Below, piece by piece: positions 63,029 through 64,000 of a stretch of 64,000 nucleotides of DNA (positions within the stretch are counted from its first letter, which is position 1; each line of letters opens with the position of its first letter). Source of the DNA: an uncultured Candidatus Rokubacteria bacterium (GTDB lineage Bacteria > Methylomirabilota > Methylomirabilia > Rokubacteriales > DASRDR01); the NCBI GenBank assembly GCA_963708025.1, contig CAVPSB010000031.1, positions 128,001 through 192,000 of the forward strand, given 5' to 3'. The notes below the pieces were generated by a model. That model searched no databases. It worked only from the letters and a program-made list of their open reading frames with translations, and was not told the origin of the DNA. Both the position numbers and the translations under genes were made by a program.

Positions 63029-64000
63029 ATGCTCGAGCAGAACCTTCTATCCATTGCGTTCCCGACGCTCGACGCGGCCCAGATCAGCGAGTTCGAGCGT
63101 TGCACCACCGCCACCCCCAAGTTGTATCGGGACGGGCAGACACTCATTGCGGTGGGCGACCGCGACTTCAAGTTCTTCATCGTCAAGTCTGGTGAGGTCG
63201 AGATCGTCGATCACTCCGGCGACAAGCCGAAGACGGTCACGATTCATGGCAAGGGCCACTTCACCGGCGATGTCTCCCACCTCACCGGCCGCTCGTCGGT
63301 GATCAGCGCCGTTGCCAGAGGCGATTGCGAGGTGGATGAAGTCTCGGGGGATGCGCTGAGGGGGGCGCTCAACCAGTGCCCGGTCCTCAGTGACATCATC
63401 CTCCAGGCGTTCATCGCCCGACGGCAACTCTTGCGCGAGTCACCGGACTTCGTTGGCCTGCGGGTGATCGGGTCCCGCTACTCCACCGATACGTTTCGCG
63501 TCCGCGACTTCCTGGCCAAGAACCGGGCGCTGTTCACCTGGGTGGACGTGGAAACCGACCCGGAGGTCGATCGGCTGCTCAGACACTTCGGCATGACCGA
63601 AGCCGACACGCCGGTGGTCGCCCTCGGCGACTTGCTGCTCCTGCGAAACCCCTCGAACCGGCAACTGGCCGATTCGATCGGCATTCATCAGCCGCTGGAG
63701 CAGACGGTCCATGACCTGGTCGTGGTCGGCGCTGGCCCGGCGGGGCTGGCGGCCGCCGTCTATGCGGCCTCAGAAGGATTGCGAACCGTGTTGCTGGAGC
63801 GCACGGCGCCCGGGGGTCAGGCGGGCAGCAGCATGCGGATCGAGAACTACCTCGGCTTCCCCACTGGCGTGACGGGGAGCGACCTGGCGGACCGCGCGAT
63901 TCTCCAGGCCAACAAATTCGGGGCCCGCCTGTCCGTCCCCAGTCAGGTCATGCAGCTGGGTTGGGAGAAGACCTACGCCATCCTGCACCTGGACAGTGGT
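63029..64000 (+). CDS. cNMP-binding domain plus thioredoxin reductase-like FAD oxidoreductase (runs off the window)
   Basis: MLEQNLLSIAFPTL, FFIVKSGEV, GHFTGD; DLVVVGAGPAGLAAAVYAASEGL, GGQAGSSMRIENYLGFP. Confidence 0.9.
   Translation, partial: MLEQNLLSIAFPTLDAAQISEFERCTTATPKLYRDGQTLIAVGDRDFKFFIVKSGEVEIVDHSGDKPKTVTIHGKGHFTGDVSHLTGRSSVISAVARGDCEVDEVSGDALRGALNQCPVLSDIILQAFIARRQLLRESPDFVGLRVIGSRYSTDTFRVRDFLAKNRALFTWVDVETDPEVDRLLRHFGMTEADTPVVALGDLLLLRNPSNRQLADSIGIHQPLEQTVHDLVVVGAGPAGLAAAVYAASEGLRTVLLERTAPGGQAGSSMRIENYLGFPTGVTGSDLADRAILQANKFGARLSVPSQVMQLGWEKTYAILHLDSG

Overview
Very GC-rich bacterial DNA. The gene content (BTAD-AAA-TPR regulators, LLM oxidoreductase, Tat-exported ABC peptide-binding protein) suggests a Rokubacteria/Methylomirabilota-like soil organism; this is inference only. 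Many single-base frameshifts look like long-read errors. The window has four parts. (1) 0.1-23 kb: vapBC, then an imperfect tandem duplication (~11-13 kb offset). Each copy has an LLM oxidoreductase, a racemase, a Tat cholesterol oxidase, a ~197-bp element with 20-bp terminal inverted repeats, a secreted Ig-like/collagen/RCC1-repeat protein (7 vs 5 repeats, hypervariable at fixed NNY codons), a small conserved protein and a divergent BTAD-AAA-TPR activator. Copy-specific inserts are a signal-peptide Hcp-like protein, an IS256 end, an orphan MNT, an M20 peptidase and a DsbA/FrnE selenoprotein with in-frame UGA plus SECIS-like hairpin. (2) 23-34 kb: metabolic genes. (3) 34-45.6 kb: a rearranged, incomplete aryl-polyene-type cluster with a neighbouring aminotransferase, followed by msrB, pirin, two receiver proteins, an SDR and a lone CoxL-like subunit. 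(4) 51.8-64 kb: mobile-element debris, then an apparently lower-GC island of glycosyltransferases with a nucleotidyltransferase, APH-type kinase, HPrK-like kinase and alkaline-phosphatase-family enzyme, then a partial cNMP/thioredoxin reductase gene. No rRNA, tRNA or CRISPR array was seen.
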